Positions 44,219-56,621 of a DNA stretch of 64,000 bases are shown piece by piece. A model generated the notes under the pieces. The model was not told the DNA's origin. It made no database searches and worked only from the letters and a program-made list of their open reading frames with translations. Position 1 is the first letter of the stretch, and every line of letters begins with the position of its first letter. Source of the DNA: an uncultured Chloroflexia bacterium (lineage in GTDB: Bacteria > Chloroflexota > Limnocylindria > QHBO01); NCBI GenBank assembly GCA_963814375.1, contig CAWFCQ010000007.1, positions 192,001 to 256,000 of the forward strand. The letters are read 5' to 3'. Made by a program: the position numbers and the translations under genes.

Positions 44219-44869
44219 TCAGCCGCCCTGGCCGGCCGGCTGGCCCTCGCGCTGCTCAGCTCCGGCCGCGGCGCCTTCTGCGTCGCCGCCCTCGCCCTTG
44301 CCGAAGATGCTGCCAGCCGCGTTGCCGGCGGATCCACCGCTGGCGTTGCCGCCCTGGCGCTGCGCCGGCTGACCGGGCTGCGGGGCTGCGGGGGCCGTCG
44401 GTCGTGCGCCGGGCTCGCGGGTCATGGTCACGCCGCCCTCCCAGTGGGCGCCTTCCTTCACGACCAGGACCTGGGTCTTGATGCTGCCCTTGACGCGACC
44501 GGTCGAGCCGATCTCGAAGCGGCCACCGCAGTCGACATCACCCTCGTAGTCGCCGTTGACGATGACGTTATGCGCGGTGATGGCGCTGCGGACGCGCGCC
44601 TGCGGGCTGATGATCAGGGTGCCCTGGCACTCGATCTCGCCCTGCGCCTCGCCCTCGATCCGCAGGTCGCGGTCGCTGACGTACTTCCCGTTGAATCGGG
44701 CGTGGGGATCGATGACCGACTCGTTGCCGCGGTCCGAACCGCGCGGGAATTCGCTGGCTGGCTGTGCCACGTCCACCTCACTCGTCAGGCTATCCGGATA
44801 CAGGTTCCCGACGACGTCCTCGCGCGAAAGGCTGTCCGGCTTGGTTTCTCGTTTCGATCCGAAGACCAT
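44219..44869 (-). CDS. Bactofilin (polymer-forming cytoskeletal protein)
   Basis: SVID...F.G....DLRIEG...GEI...LII...V...I.A..V.V.G...GDV....I..TGRVKG.I....L.V.EGA..EG; AGGAG RBS. Confidence 0.88.
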   Translation of the reverse strand: MVFGSKRETKPDSLSREDVVGNLYPDSLTSEVDVAQPASEFPRGSDRGNESVIDPHARFNGKYVSDRDLRIEGEAQGEIECQGTLIISPQARVRSAITAHNVIVNGDYEGDVDCGGRFEIGSTGRVKGSIKTQVLVVKEGAHWEGGVTMTREPGARPTAPAAPQPGQPAQRQGGNASGGSAGNAAGSIFGKGEGGDAEGAAAGAEQREGQPAGQGG

Positions 44870-45210
44870 GCTCTCCTAACCTCCTGGAATACGGTCCGGC
44901 GACGGGCTGGGCACGGTCCGTGGCGCGCTGGTGCGTACAGGGACCGATAGCCTAGCAGCATGTCGGCGATGGAGGTAGATCCACCCCAGACCACCGCACG
45001 CCGCATACCACCGTCGTCCGCCGCCGCGCGATCTCGTGGTCACGACACTTCGCGATCGATTCACCGGACGGCGTTCTCAGGCAGCGTTGCCGCGATTTAT
45101 CGAGGGCGGCCACGCCAGAGCAGCACCCCGAGGTGCGGTTCGTGCGGGCTGGGTCGCGATGAATCCCGAGAACCGCACCTGCAGTGGCCTTCAGGCGCTT
45201 TCGCCGCGAT

Positions 45211-45969
45211 CTATCCCGACGCGGCCTGAATTGCGCGGGCTACTGCCGTGGCAAGCGCCTCGACCCGGTCCAGGGGAAGCGGATCGTCCCGATCACCCCG
45301 CCGCAGCGCGAGCGCGTGCGTGACGAGCGCCGCATCGGCTCCTTTCTCGATGGCCCAGGCGGCTGCCTCGGCCTTTGACGACCAGCGGCCGGTCGCGGCC
45401 CAGCGCCAAGCCCGACAGTCGTTGAGGACACGGTTCGGGGCGAGCGGCTCGTTCGCGGCATACCACGCCTGGGCAGCCGTGAGCGCGGCGAGGACGTCGG
45501 CACGGGCAACATGGCCGAAGAGCTCCGCTCCACGCGGTCCCGTCAGCGTCACCGATGCGTGCGCCGCGGCGGCCAGATCGAGCACGAACCAGAACGCAGG
45601 CTCGTTCGCCGGATCGGTGGTCAGGTGGTCATCCATTGCCGGCCCGGTGTTCAGGTTCAGCTCGAATGCCGGCCGCGGGCCAGGATCGGCGACCGCGGCC
45701 CTGCGGTAAACGACCAGCTCGAGCTTCGAAGCCGGGCACGGCAGGCTGCCGTGACGGACGGCGCCGGCAAGAGCCGCCTTCCGCTCGGCTGACATAGGGC
45801 TCGCGACCACCAGCACCACATCGATGTCGCTCCGGCCGGCCAGGTAGTCGTCTCGCGCGCCGGAGTTGACGACGTAGGCGCCGACGAGCTCATCGCCGAG
45901 GACCCCGCGCGCCCGCGCCACAAGGCGCTCGAGGTAGCTCGCGGTGGGAGAGTCATCCAGCGCCTGCAT
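45211..45969 (-). CDS. Nucleotidyltransferase with aminoglycoside adenylyltransferase C-terminal (DUF4111-like) domain
   Basis: [36 protein letters not shown]. Confidence 0.78.
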   Translation of the reverse strand: MQALDDSPTASYLERLVARARGVLGDELVGAYVVNSGARDDYLAGRSDIDVVLVVASPMSAERKAALAGAVRHGSLPCPASKLELVVYRRAAVADPGPRPAFELNLNTGPAMDDHLTTDPANEPAFWFVLDLAAAAHASVTLTGPRGAELFGHVARADVLAALTAAQAWYAANEPLAPNRVLNDCRAWRWAATGRWSSKAEAAAWAIEKGADAALVTHALALRRGDRDDPLPLDRVEALATAVARAIQAASG

Positions 45970-46010
45970 GCCGCCCATTGTCGGCCTGCCCGACGACTAT
46001 GATTCCGCCG

Positions 46011-46718
46011 ATGTCCGCCCACGTCAGCACGCATCCGCTCGTCGCACACAAGCTGGCAATCCTCCGCGATCGGACGACCGAGCCGAAGCGGTTCAGAGAG
46101 CTGGTCCGTGAGCTGACCTGGCTGCTCGGGTACGAGGCGATGGCCGACCTCGCCACGCGCGATCGCGAGGTCGAGACCCCTCTCGAGACGGTCACCGGCG
46201 CCGAGGTCGAGCCGCGCGTCGGGCTGGTGCCGGTCCTGCGCGCCGGCCTCGGCATGGTCGAGGCGATGCTCGAGCTGATCCCGACGGCCGAGGTCTGGCA
46301 CATCGGTCTCTACCGCGACGAGCGGACCCTGAAGCCGGTCGAGTATTACAACAAGCTGCCGGATGCCGCGACCGTCCAGCTCTGCCTCATCCTCGATCCG
46401 ATGCTCGCCACCGGGGGCTCGGCGGCCGCCACGGTCGACATCCTCAAGGCGTGGGGCGCGGCGCGGGTCAAGCAGGTCTCGCTCATCGCCGCACCCGAGG
46501 GCGTCTCGACGCTCTCGAACGCCCACCCCGACGTCGACATCCACGTCGCAGCGCTCGACTCGCACCTCAACGAGCGCGGGTACATCGTTCCCGGACTCGG
46601 CGATGCCGGCGATCGCCAGTTCGGCACTTTCGCCGGTCCCGGCTCGGAGCCCGGCCATGGACCCGACGACGAGACCGCCGAGGTGGTCCGCCGCCTTCAG
46701 CGCGACCTCGAGGGCTGA
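46011..46718 (+). CDS. upp: Uracil phosphoribosyltransferase
   Basis: [39 protein letters not shown]. Confidence 0.96.
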   Translation: MSAHVSTHPLVAHKLAILRDRTTEPKRFRELVRELTWLLGYEAMADLATRDREVETPLETVTGAEVEPRVGLVPVLRAGLGMVEAMLELIPTAEVWHIGLYRDERTLKPVEYYNKLPDAATVQLCLILDPMLATGGSAAATVDILKAWGAARVKQVSLIAAPEGVSTLSNAHPDVDIHVAALDSHLNERGYIVPGLGDAGDRQFGTFAGPGSEPGHGPDDETAEVVRRLQRDLEG

Positions 46719-46842
46719 CGCGGGGCACAGAAATGTCCCGAAGGAACCGCCGCCGGACCATTGATGCAATCTCTGGTGCCGTTGGCTGCCCCTTCGGGAC
46801 GACCGAAGGATATCGGCGCCGACGAGGTCCCCGCAATCCCGG

Positions 46843-46904
46843 TTCTCCACGAGCTTCCGAGGGCGGCGGTGGCTTATCCACAGGTTATCCACAGACGTGG
46901 ACAT
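46843..46904. promoter_or_regulatory. DnaA-box cluster
   Basis: Perfect TTATCCACA at 46874-46882 and 46885-46893. Degenerate TTCTCCACG at 46843-46851 and an inverted CGTGGACAT at 46896-46904. Confidence 0.7.
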
Positions 46905-46955
46905 TGATCAGGCATTGACAGTGGGAGCCGAGCCGGCCGCTGATACGCTGCCTGC

Positions 46956-47459
46956 ATGAGCCTGACCGTCCCAGTTTGTCCCCGCTGCGCGACCACTGGG
47001 GAGCAGCCCCTGGTCTGCGATCGTTGCTCGTGGCGCTGGTACGCCAACCCCAAGCCGGCCGCCGCGGTGCTGCTCGAGCGCACCGAGGATGACGAGGCTG
47101 AGCCATCGATCCTGCTGCTGCGGCGGGCGGTCGAGCCCGGCCTCGGGGATTGGGACCTGCCCGCCGGCTACCTCGACCCGGGAGAGTCGTTCGAGATGGC
47201 GGCCCGGCGCGAGACACGCGAGGAGGCGGGGGTCGACGTCGAGCTCGTCGGACTGGCTGGCCTGTATCACTCGCCGATGGCCAACGCGGTCACCGCGGTC
47301 TTCCGCGCCCGCGCCGTGGACGCCGACGCGCAGATCGCGGTGGACTTCGAGTCGAGCGACCACGCGTGGGTCGCTCGCTCCGACGTGGCGGCGTGGCTGC
47401 CCAGGCTCGCCTTCCCGTCGATGGCCGCCGCAGTCGCGGACTGGGCCGACGCGGGCTGA
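46956..47459 (+). CDS. NUDIX hydrolase with N-terminal zinc ribbon
   Basis: CPRC..CDRC, YANPKPAA, Nudix box PAGYLDPGESFEMAARRETREEAG. Confidence 0.9.
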   Translation: MSLTVPVCPRCATTGEQPLVCDRCSWRWYANPKPAAAVLLERTEDDEAEPSILLLRRAVEPGLGDWDLPAGYLDPGESFEMAARRETREEAGVDVELVGLAGLYHSPMANAVTAVFRARAVDADAQIAVDFESSDHAWVARSDVAAWLPRLAFPSMAAAVADWADAG

Positions 47460-47525
47460 TCGCGCGCGCCTGACGGCCCGGCACGCTGCGCTACACTCGC
47501 TCGCGATTCACTTCGCAGGAGACCG

Positions 47526-48522
47526 ATGCCCGACTCCACCGTCCGGGTCGCGGTGACCGGCGCCGCCGGTCAGATCGGCTACGCGCTGCTCTTCCGGATC
47601 GCGTCGGGCCAGGCTTTCGGCCCTGATACCCCGGTCGCCCTCCAGCTCCTGGAGCTCGAGGCGGCGCTGCCCGCGCTCGATGGCGTCCGGATGGAGCTGG
47701 ACGACTGCGCCTTTCCCCTCCTCACCGATGTGGTCGCGACCTCCGACACCGATGAGGCGTTCAGCGGTGCGAACTGGGCGCTCCTGGTCGGGGCCGTCCC
47801 GCGTCGCGAGGGGATGGAGCGCAAGGACCTGCTGACGATCAATGGCGGCATCTTCACCGGTCAGGGGGAGGCGATCGCTCGAAACGCCGCCGATGACTGC
47901 CGCGTGCTCGTCGTGGGCAACCCCTGCAATACCAACGCGCTGATCGGATCCACGGCCGCCGCCCGCCACGGCATGCCGTCCGACCGATGGTTCGCGATGA
48001 CGATGCTCGACGAGAGCCGGGCCCGCACCCAGCTGGCGGCGAAGGCCCGGGTGCCAGTCGCCGAGGTCACCGACCTCGCCATCTGGGGCAACCACTCGTC
48101 GACCCAGTTTCCCGACGCATGGCACGCGTCGATCGGCGGTCGGCCCGCTCCGGAGGTGATCGACGACGAGGAGTGGCTGCGCGGCGAGTTCATCGCCACC
48201 GTCCAGCAGCGCGGCGCTGCCATCATCAAGGCGCGCGGCCAGTCGAGTGCCGCCAGCGCGGCCAATGCGGTCATCGACACCGTGCGCAACGTGGCGCGCC
48301 CGACGGGCCAGACCTTCTCATCGGCGATTCCCGGCGCCGGCCAGCGGCGGCTACGACGTGCCAGAGGGGCTGGTGTTCGGCTATCCCCTTCGGGCCACCG
48401 CCCCGGGGAGCGTCGAGATCGTGCAGGGCGTCGAGCACGGCGAGTTCGCCCGCGGCAAGCTCGATGCGACCACGACCGAGCTCCTCGAGGAGCGGGCCGC
48501 GGTCGAGGAGCTCGTGGCATGA
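47526..48522 (+). CDS. mdh: Malate dehydrogenase, frameshift near 48332
   Basis: [38 protein letters not shown]. The C-terminus [12 protein letters not shown]...ELLEER is in the adjacent frame. Confidence 0.93.
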
Positions 48523-49826
48523 CGGCGAACTCACCCACCCGCACCGAGGCCGCCACGCTCCGCATCGGCAACCGGGAGGTCGACCTTCCCCTGGTGCGCG
48601 GCAGCGAGGGCGACGACGCTATCGACATCGGCAGGCTGCGCGCCGAGACGGGGCTCATCACGCTGGACCCCGGCTACGGAAACACCGGGGCGGCGACCAG
48701 CGCCATCACCTTCCTCGATGGTGAGGAGGGCATCCTCCGTTATCGCGGCTATCCCATCGAGCAGCTGGCCGAGCACTCGACCTTCCTCGAGGTCGCCTAC
48801 CTGCTCATCTGGGGCGAGCTGCCGACCCGCCAGCAGCTCGATCGGTTCAGTACCGAGGTGACGCACCACACACTCATCCGCGAGGAGATGCGCCACTTCT
48901 TCGACTCCTTCCCGGCCGATGCGCACCCGATGGCGGTGCTCGCCTCGGGCGTGGTCGGGATGAGCACGTTCTATCCGGACAGCCAGAACATCTTCGATCC
49001 GGACTCGGTCGAGGTGACCATCAATCGGCTCATCGCCAAGCTCCCGACGCTGGCGGCCTGGTCGTTCAAGAAGGCGATCGGCCAGCCGTACGTGTACCCG
49101 CGCAACGATCTGGGCTATTCGGCGAACCTGCTGCACATGATGTTCGCGGTCCCGTCGGAGTCTTACGAGGTCGACCCACAGGTTGCGAAGGCGCTTGACC
49201 TGCTCCTGATCCTCCACGCCGATCACGAGCAGAACGCATCGGCCTCGACGGTGCGGCTCGTGGGCAGCACGCACGTCAACCTGTACGCCTCGATCAGCGC
49301 CGGGATCAGCGCGCTGTGGGGGCCGCTGCACGGCGGGGCGAACGAGGCGGTCATCAACACCCTCGAGCGGATCGTGGCCGACGGGGGCAACGTCCAGAAG
49401 TGGGTCGACCGCGCCAAGGACCCGAACGACAGCTTCCGCCTCGCGGGGTTCGGCCATCGCGTGTACAAGAGCTTCGACCCGCGCGCCACGATCATCAAGG
49501 CGGCTGCGGACCGCGTGCTCGCGGCCACAGGCGCCGATGAGGCCCTGTTCGAGGTGGCCCAGCGGCTCGAGGAGGTCGCCCTGCACGACGAGTACTTTGT
49601 CAGCCGCAAGCTCTATCCCAACGTGGACTTCTACTCCGGGCTCATCTACCGCGCCATCGGCTTCCCCAAGAACATGTTCACGAACTGCTTCGCGATCGGC
49701 CGACTGCCGGGCTGGATCGCTCAATGGCAGGAGATGATGTCGGCGGCCGAGACCAAGATCGGGCGGCCGCGCCAGGTGTACGTCGGCCCGGGAATCCGGG
49801 ACTACGTTGCGATCGAGCAGCGCTGA
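48519..49826 (+). CDS. gltA: Citrate synthase (type II)
   Basis: [51 protein letters not shown]. Confidence 0.96.
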   Translation: MTANSPTRTEAATLRIGNREVDLPLVRGSEGDDAIDIGRLRAETGLITLDPGYGNTGAATSAITFLDGEEGILRYRGYPIEQLAEHSTFLEVAYLLIWGELPTRQQLDRFSTEVTHHTLIREEMRHFFDSFPADAHPMAVLASGVVGMSTFYPDSQNIFDPDSVEVTINRLIAKLPTLAAWSFKKAIGQPYVYPRNDLGYSANLLHMMFAVPSESYEVDPQVAKALDLLLILHADHEQNASASTVRLVGSTHVNLYASISAGISALWGPLHGGANEAVINTLERIVADGGNVQKWVDRAKDPNDSFRLAGFGHRVYKSFDPRATIIKAAADRVLAATGADEALFEVAQRLEEVALHDEYFVSRKLYPNVDFYSGLIYRAIGFPKNMFTNCFAIGRLPGWIAQWQEMMSAAETKIGRPRQVYVGPGIRDYVAIEQR

Positions 49827-50591
49827 ATGCGCCTGACGATCATGGGCCGATCCCCGGCTTCGCCCAACCCGGGCGAGGCCTGCGCCGGCTACCTCGTGGA
49901 GGGCGGCGGGGCGCGCGTCCTGGTCGACATCGGCCCCGGGGTGGTTGCCCAGCTCGTGAAGCGCCACCATCCCGACGAGCTCGACGCGGTGGTCATCAGC
50001 CACATGCACGCCGACCACATGCTCGACCTCGTCACGTTGCGCTACGTGTATCCCTGGCGCGCGAGGCCCAAGGACCAGCGCCTGCGCGTGATCATGCCGC
50101 CGGGGTCTGCGGACCAGATTCTCGACCTGGCCAAGGGCGTCGGCAGCGCCGACCACTTCGAAGCCTGCTTCCGGCTCTCCGAGCACGACGGCACCTCGGA
50201 GATGAGCTTCGGCAGCATGTCCCTGACGCCGGTCCAGACCCAGCACTACATCCCGTGCTGGGGCTTCCGCATCGAGGCCGATGGCCGCCGTCTCGCCTAC
50301 ACAGCCGACACCGCTCCCTGCGGCGGCCTCACCGATCTCGCCGATGGTCCGGACCTGCTCCTGGCGGAGGCGACGCTGCGCTCGCTCGACGAGGATGCGG
50401 CACCGCCGGAGCCCCGTGGCCACATCACGCCCGAGGAAGCCGGCATCGCCGGTCGTGAAGGCGCCGCACGCCGGCTGATGCTCACCCACCTTCCGGTCAA
50501 CGGCGACGGCGCCTGGGCCCGGACCAGCGCATCGGAGGCGTTCGGCTCCGACGTAGAGATCGCCGAGCCGTCCCGCACCTACGAGGTCTGA
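49827..50591 (+). CDS. MBL-fold hydrolase (RNase Z/AtaC-like)
   Basis: ISHMHADH, YTADT, EAT, GHIT, LTH. Confidence 0.85.
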   Translation: MRLTIMGRSPASPNPGEACAGYLVEGGGARVLVDIGPGVVAQLVKRHHPDELDAVVISHMHADHMLDLVTLRYVYPWRARPKDQRLRVIMPPGSADQILDLAKGVGSADHFEACFRLSEHDGTSEMSFGSMSLTPVQTQHYIPCWGFRIEADGRRLAYTADTAPCGGLTDLADGPDLLLAEATLRSLDEDAAPPEPRGHITPEEAGIAGREGAARRLMLTHLPVNGDGAWARTSASEAFGSDVEIAEPSRTYEV

Positions 50592-50650
50592 TCGCTCTCC
50601 AGCAGGGTGACCAGCTCTTCGAGCTCCTCGGTCCAGCCTGATCGTCGCGA

Positions 50651-50692
50651 TTGACAGCCGCGATACCCTACCAATCAAACGTTCGTTTGGTA
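50651..50692. promoter_or_regulatory. TTGACA plus TetR operator palindrome for the fad operon
   Basis: TTGACA at 50651-50656; TACCAATCAAACG-TT-CGTTTGGTA at 50669-50692. Confidence 0.7.
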
Positions 50693-50711
50693 ACTGAGCC
50701 CAGCCCGTCGC

Positions 50712-51292
50712 ATGACCACCTCGCTCCCAGCCCGCCCTCGCGAAGCGGAGCTCCACGCCACCGCAACCCGCCTCTTCCGGGAGCGCGGCTATCACGCGAC
50801 CTCGATGCAGGACCTCGGCGAGGCGCTCGGCATGAACCGGGGCAGCATCTACCACTACATCACCGGCAAGGACGAGCTGCTCTGGGCCATCCTCAACCGC
50901 GCGCTCGACCTGCTGGAGGCCCGCGTGCACCCGGTGCTCGAGGCCGACGCTTCACCGGTCGACCGCCTGACCGGAGCGATCCGCGAGCACCTGCAGGTCG
51001 CCGCCGACCACGCGGATGAGCTCTCGCTGATCCAGATCGAGCTCCGGGCCCTCAGCCGCGAGCGACAGCACGAGATCATCGCGCGCCGCAACGCCTACGA
51101 GAACCGATGGCGGGCCACCCTTGAGGCCGGAATCGCCGATGGCAGCCTGCGGAGCTTCGACGTGCGCCTCGCGGGCATCGGCATCCTCTCGGCCTGCAAC
51201 TGGTTCACGCAGTGGTACCGCCCGTCGGGACCGATGGACGTCGATGAGATCGCCGACGCGTTCTCGGAGCTCTTCCTCGGCGGCCTGCGCTC

Positions 51293-51296
<4 letters not shown>
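50712..51296 (+). CDS. TetR-family regulator (KstR2/FadR-like)
   Basis: ATRLFRERGYHATSMQDLG..LGMNRGSIYHY..GK, C-terminal NW..QWYRP.G. Confidence 0.92.
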
Positions 51297-53575
<2,279 letters not shown>

Positions 53576-53593
53576 GATGCCATGAATGGACCG

Positions 53594-54833
53594 ATGAAAC
53601 CAACTGCGCGACGCCGTCATCGTCTCGGCCGCCCGCACCGCCGTCGGCAAGGCGCCTCGTGGCAGCCTGCGCGAGACGCCGCCCTCCGAGCTGGCCATGG
53701 TCGCCGTGCGCGAGGCGCTGGCGCGCGCGCCGGGCCTCGACCCGGAAGAGATCGAGGATCTCGTCCTCGGCTGCGCCATGCCCGAGGGCGCCCAGGGCCT
53801 GAACATGGCGCGCCAGGTCGCGCTCGGCGCCGGCATCAGCGAGCGCGCATCGGCGATGACCATCAACCGGTTCTGCGCCTCGGGCCTCCAGGCGCTGGCG
53901 CTGGCGACGCAGGCGGTCCAGACCGGCGTGCACGATGTCGTCGTCGCCGGCGGGATGGAGTCGATGAGCTACGTGCCGATGATCGGACACCGCTTCAGCC
54001 CCGATCCGACCATGGCCGACGACCGGCCGCAGGTCTATCTCAGCATGGGCCTGACCGCCGAGAACGTGGCCGAGCGCTTCGACGTCGGCCGCGACGCCCA
54101 GGACGCGTGGGGCCTGCGCTCGCACCAGCGCGCATCGGCCGCGCAGCGCGAGGGACGCTTCTTCGACGAGGTGGTGCCGGTGCCCGCGTCGTTGACGGAC
54201 GTCGATGCCGACGGCCGCCCGACCACCCGCGAGGTCGCGTTCGACGCCGACGAGGGCATCCGCCACGACGCCGATGCCGCCCAGATGGCCGGGCTCAAGC
54301 CAGTGTTCGCCGCCGGCGGCAGCGTCACCGCCGGCAACTCATCCCAGATGAGCGACGGCGCCGCGGCCCTGGTCGTGATGGCCGGTGAACGCGCCGCCGC
54401 CCTGGGGCTCAGCCCGCTGGGGCGGCTCGTCAGCTTCGCGACCGCCGGAGTCGATCCGGCGATCATGGGCATCGGGCCGGTCGACGCGGTCCCCAAGGCC
54501 CTCGCCAAGGCGGGGATCTCGCTCGACGACATCGCCGTGACCGAGCTCAACGAGGCGTTCGCCGCGCAGGTCGTCGCCGTCGTGCGCGCAATCGGCCTGG
54601 ACCCCGAGACGACGAACGTCAACGGCGGCGCCATCGCCCTCGGCCACCCGCTCGGCGCCACCGGGGCGAAGCTCTCGGTCCAGATGCTCTCCGAGCTCGC
54701 GCGGCGCGACGCGCGGTACGGGCTGGTCACGATGTGCGTTGGCGGCGGCCAGGGTGCCGCCGGCGTCATCGAATGGCTCGGCGGACGACAGCCGGCGCGC
54801 GCGGCATCGGTGGAGAAGGAGCGAGCCGCATGA
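53594..54833 (+). CDS. fadA: Acetyl-CoA C-acyltransferase (thiolase), extra base just after the start
   Basis: LRDAVIVSAARTAVGKA lies in frame upstream of the track ORF; NRFCASG, NEAFA, GHPLGATG, MCVGGGQG. Confidence 0.92.
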
Positions 54834-56599
54834 CCGCCACCGCGCCCCGCACCGCGGTACTGCCGGGTGGCAGCTTCATGATCGGTCCGGTCGAGCCCGG
54901 ATCCGTCTACACGCCCGAGCAGCTGAGCGACGAGCACCGCGCCATCCGCGCCGCGGTCACCGCCTTCGTGGAGAAGGAGGTCACACCGCGGCACGAAGCG
55001 GTCGAGGGCCGCGACCACGCGACGCACCGCGCGCTGCTGGAGCGACTGGGGCGCGACGGCTATCTCGGGATCGACGTGCCGGAGGCGTATGGCGGCGCGG
55101 GGCTCGACCGTATCAGCAGCCTCGTGGTCAGCGAGGCGATCGCCGCTTCGGGATCCTTCGCCGTCACCCACGCCGCGCACACCGGCATCGGCACGCTGCC
55201 CGTCGCCTTCTTCGGCACGGATGCGCAGAAGCGCCGATACCTGCCCGGTCTCGCCGACGGGACGCGGGTCGGGGCGTACTGCCTCACCGAGCCTGCCGCG
55301 GGCTCCGACGCGATGGGAATCCGCACCCGGGCAACCCGAGAGCCGGACGGCCGATGGCGGCTCGACGGAACGAAGCAGTTCATCACCAACGCCGGCTTCG
55401 CCGACCTCTTCACCGTCTACGCCAAGATCGATGGCGAGGCCTTCTCCGCCTTTTTGGTCGAGCGCGACACGCCCGGCCTGGTGATCGGCGCCGAGGAGGA
55501 GAAGATGGGCATGCACGGCGCCTCGACCTGCTCAGTCACGCTGGATCGGGCAGTCATCGCCGAGGACGCGCTGCTCGGGGAGGCGGGCAAGGGCCATCGC
55601 ATCGCCTTCAACGTCCTGAATGTGGGCCGCTTCAAGCTCGGCGCCGCCTGCATGGGCGGGATGCGACCGGCCCTCGGTATCGCGACGCGTTACGCGTCCG
55701 AGCGCACCGCCTTCGGGCGGCGGCTGGCAGACTTCCCACTCATCGGCGCCAAGCTGGCGGCCATCGCCGCGCGGACGTACGCGGTCGAGTCGAGCGTGTA
55801 CCGCATCGGCGGCCTGCTGGAGGGCAGCCTGGCGGTGGCGGAGGATACGACCAGTCCGGAGGCGATCCGCGTGGCGCTCGAGGAGTACGCGATCGAGTGC
55901 TCGATTGCCAAGGTCCTCGCCAGCGAGGAGCTCGACTTCATCGTTGACGAGCTGGTCCAGATTCATGGTGGGTATGGCTACATCGAGGAGTACCCGGCCG
56001 CCGGCTTCTACCGCGACGCTCGCATCCACCGCATATGGGAGGGGACCAACGAGATCAACCGGCTGCTCGTGCCCGGCACGCTGCTCAAGCGTGCCATGAA
56101 GGGACGCCTCGATCTGCTCGGCCCGGCGCAGCGCGCGACCGATGCCCTGCTCGGTGGCGACCTGCCCGAGTTCGACGGACCGTTCGCGACCGAGGACGCC
56201 GCCGTCGCGAATGCGCGCACCGCCACCCTTCTGTTGGCCGGCGCCGCCGTCCAGCGCCACGGCACCGCCATCGAGGAGGAGCAGGAGCTCCTGGCCGGGT
56301 TGGCCGACCTGGCGATCGACCTGTTCGCGATGGAGTCATCTCTCGAGCGCGCACGGGCGGCGGGCGCTGGCGCGGACGCATCGGTGCATGCCGACCTCGC
56401 GCGCCTGGTGGTGGCCGACCGCGCTTCGGCGGTCGAAGCCCGCGCCAAGGCACTGGGCGCTTCGCTGGCGACCGGTGACGAGGCACGCACGCTCGTGGCC
56501 GGCCTTCGCCGTATCCTGCGTGGCGAGCCGGTGGATCGGATCGCCCTGGGCCGCCGGGTGGCGGCGTCCGTCATGGCCCACGGTGGGTATCCCGTATGA
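54830..56599 (+). CDS. fadE: Acyl-CoA dehydrogenase (long FadE type)
   Basis: HTGIGTLP, YCLTEP..GSDA, QIHGGYG, RIWEGTNEIN. Confidence 0.9.
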   Translation: MTATAPRTAVLPGGSFMIGPVEPGSVYTPEQLSDEHRAIRAAVTAFVEKEVTPRHEAVEGRDHATHRALLERLGRDGYLGIDVPEAYGGAGLDRISSLVVSEAIAASGSFAVTHAAHTGIGTLPVAFFGTDAQKRRYLPGLADGTRVGAYCLTEPAAGSDAMGIRTRATREPDGRWRLDGTKQFITNAGFADLFTVYAKIDGEAFSAFLVERDTPGLVIGAEEEKMGMHGASTCSVTLDRAVIAEDALLGEAGKGHRIAFNVLNVGRFKLGAACMGGMRPALGIATRYASERTAFGRRLADFPLIGAKLAAIAARTYAVESSVYRIGGLLEGSLAVAEDTTSPEAIRVALEEYAIECSIAKVLASEELDFIVDELVQIHGGYGYIEEYPAAGFYRDARIHRIWEGTNEINRLLVPGTLLKRAMKGRLDLLGPAQRATDALLGGDLPEFDGPFATEDAAVANARTATLLLAGAAVQRHGTAIEEEQELLAGLADLAIDLFAMESSLERARAAGAGADASVHADLARLVVADRASAVEARAKALGASLATGDEARTLVAGLRRILRGEPVDRIALGRRVAASVMAHGGYPV

Positions 56600-56621
56600 G
56601 GAGATGGGAGGAGCCAGACCG

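Noticed and set aside
45211-45969. Aminoglycoside resistance gene
   Set aside because: Only fold-level similarity to adenylyltransferases, no mobile context, substrate unknown.
46719-46955. Calling this region oriC
   Set aside because: Only two perfect boxes, no clear AT-rich unwinding element and no origin-linked genes; kept as a DnaA-box cluster only.
47526-49826. Apparent 766-aa Mdh-citrate synthase fusion ORF
   Set aside because: Caused by a +1 insertion near 48332. The true Mdh C-terminus is in another frame ending at 48522, and gltA has its own ATG at 48519.
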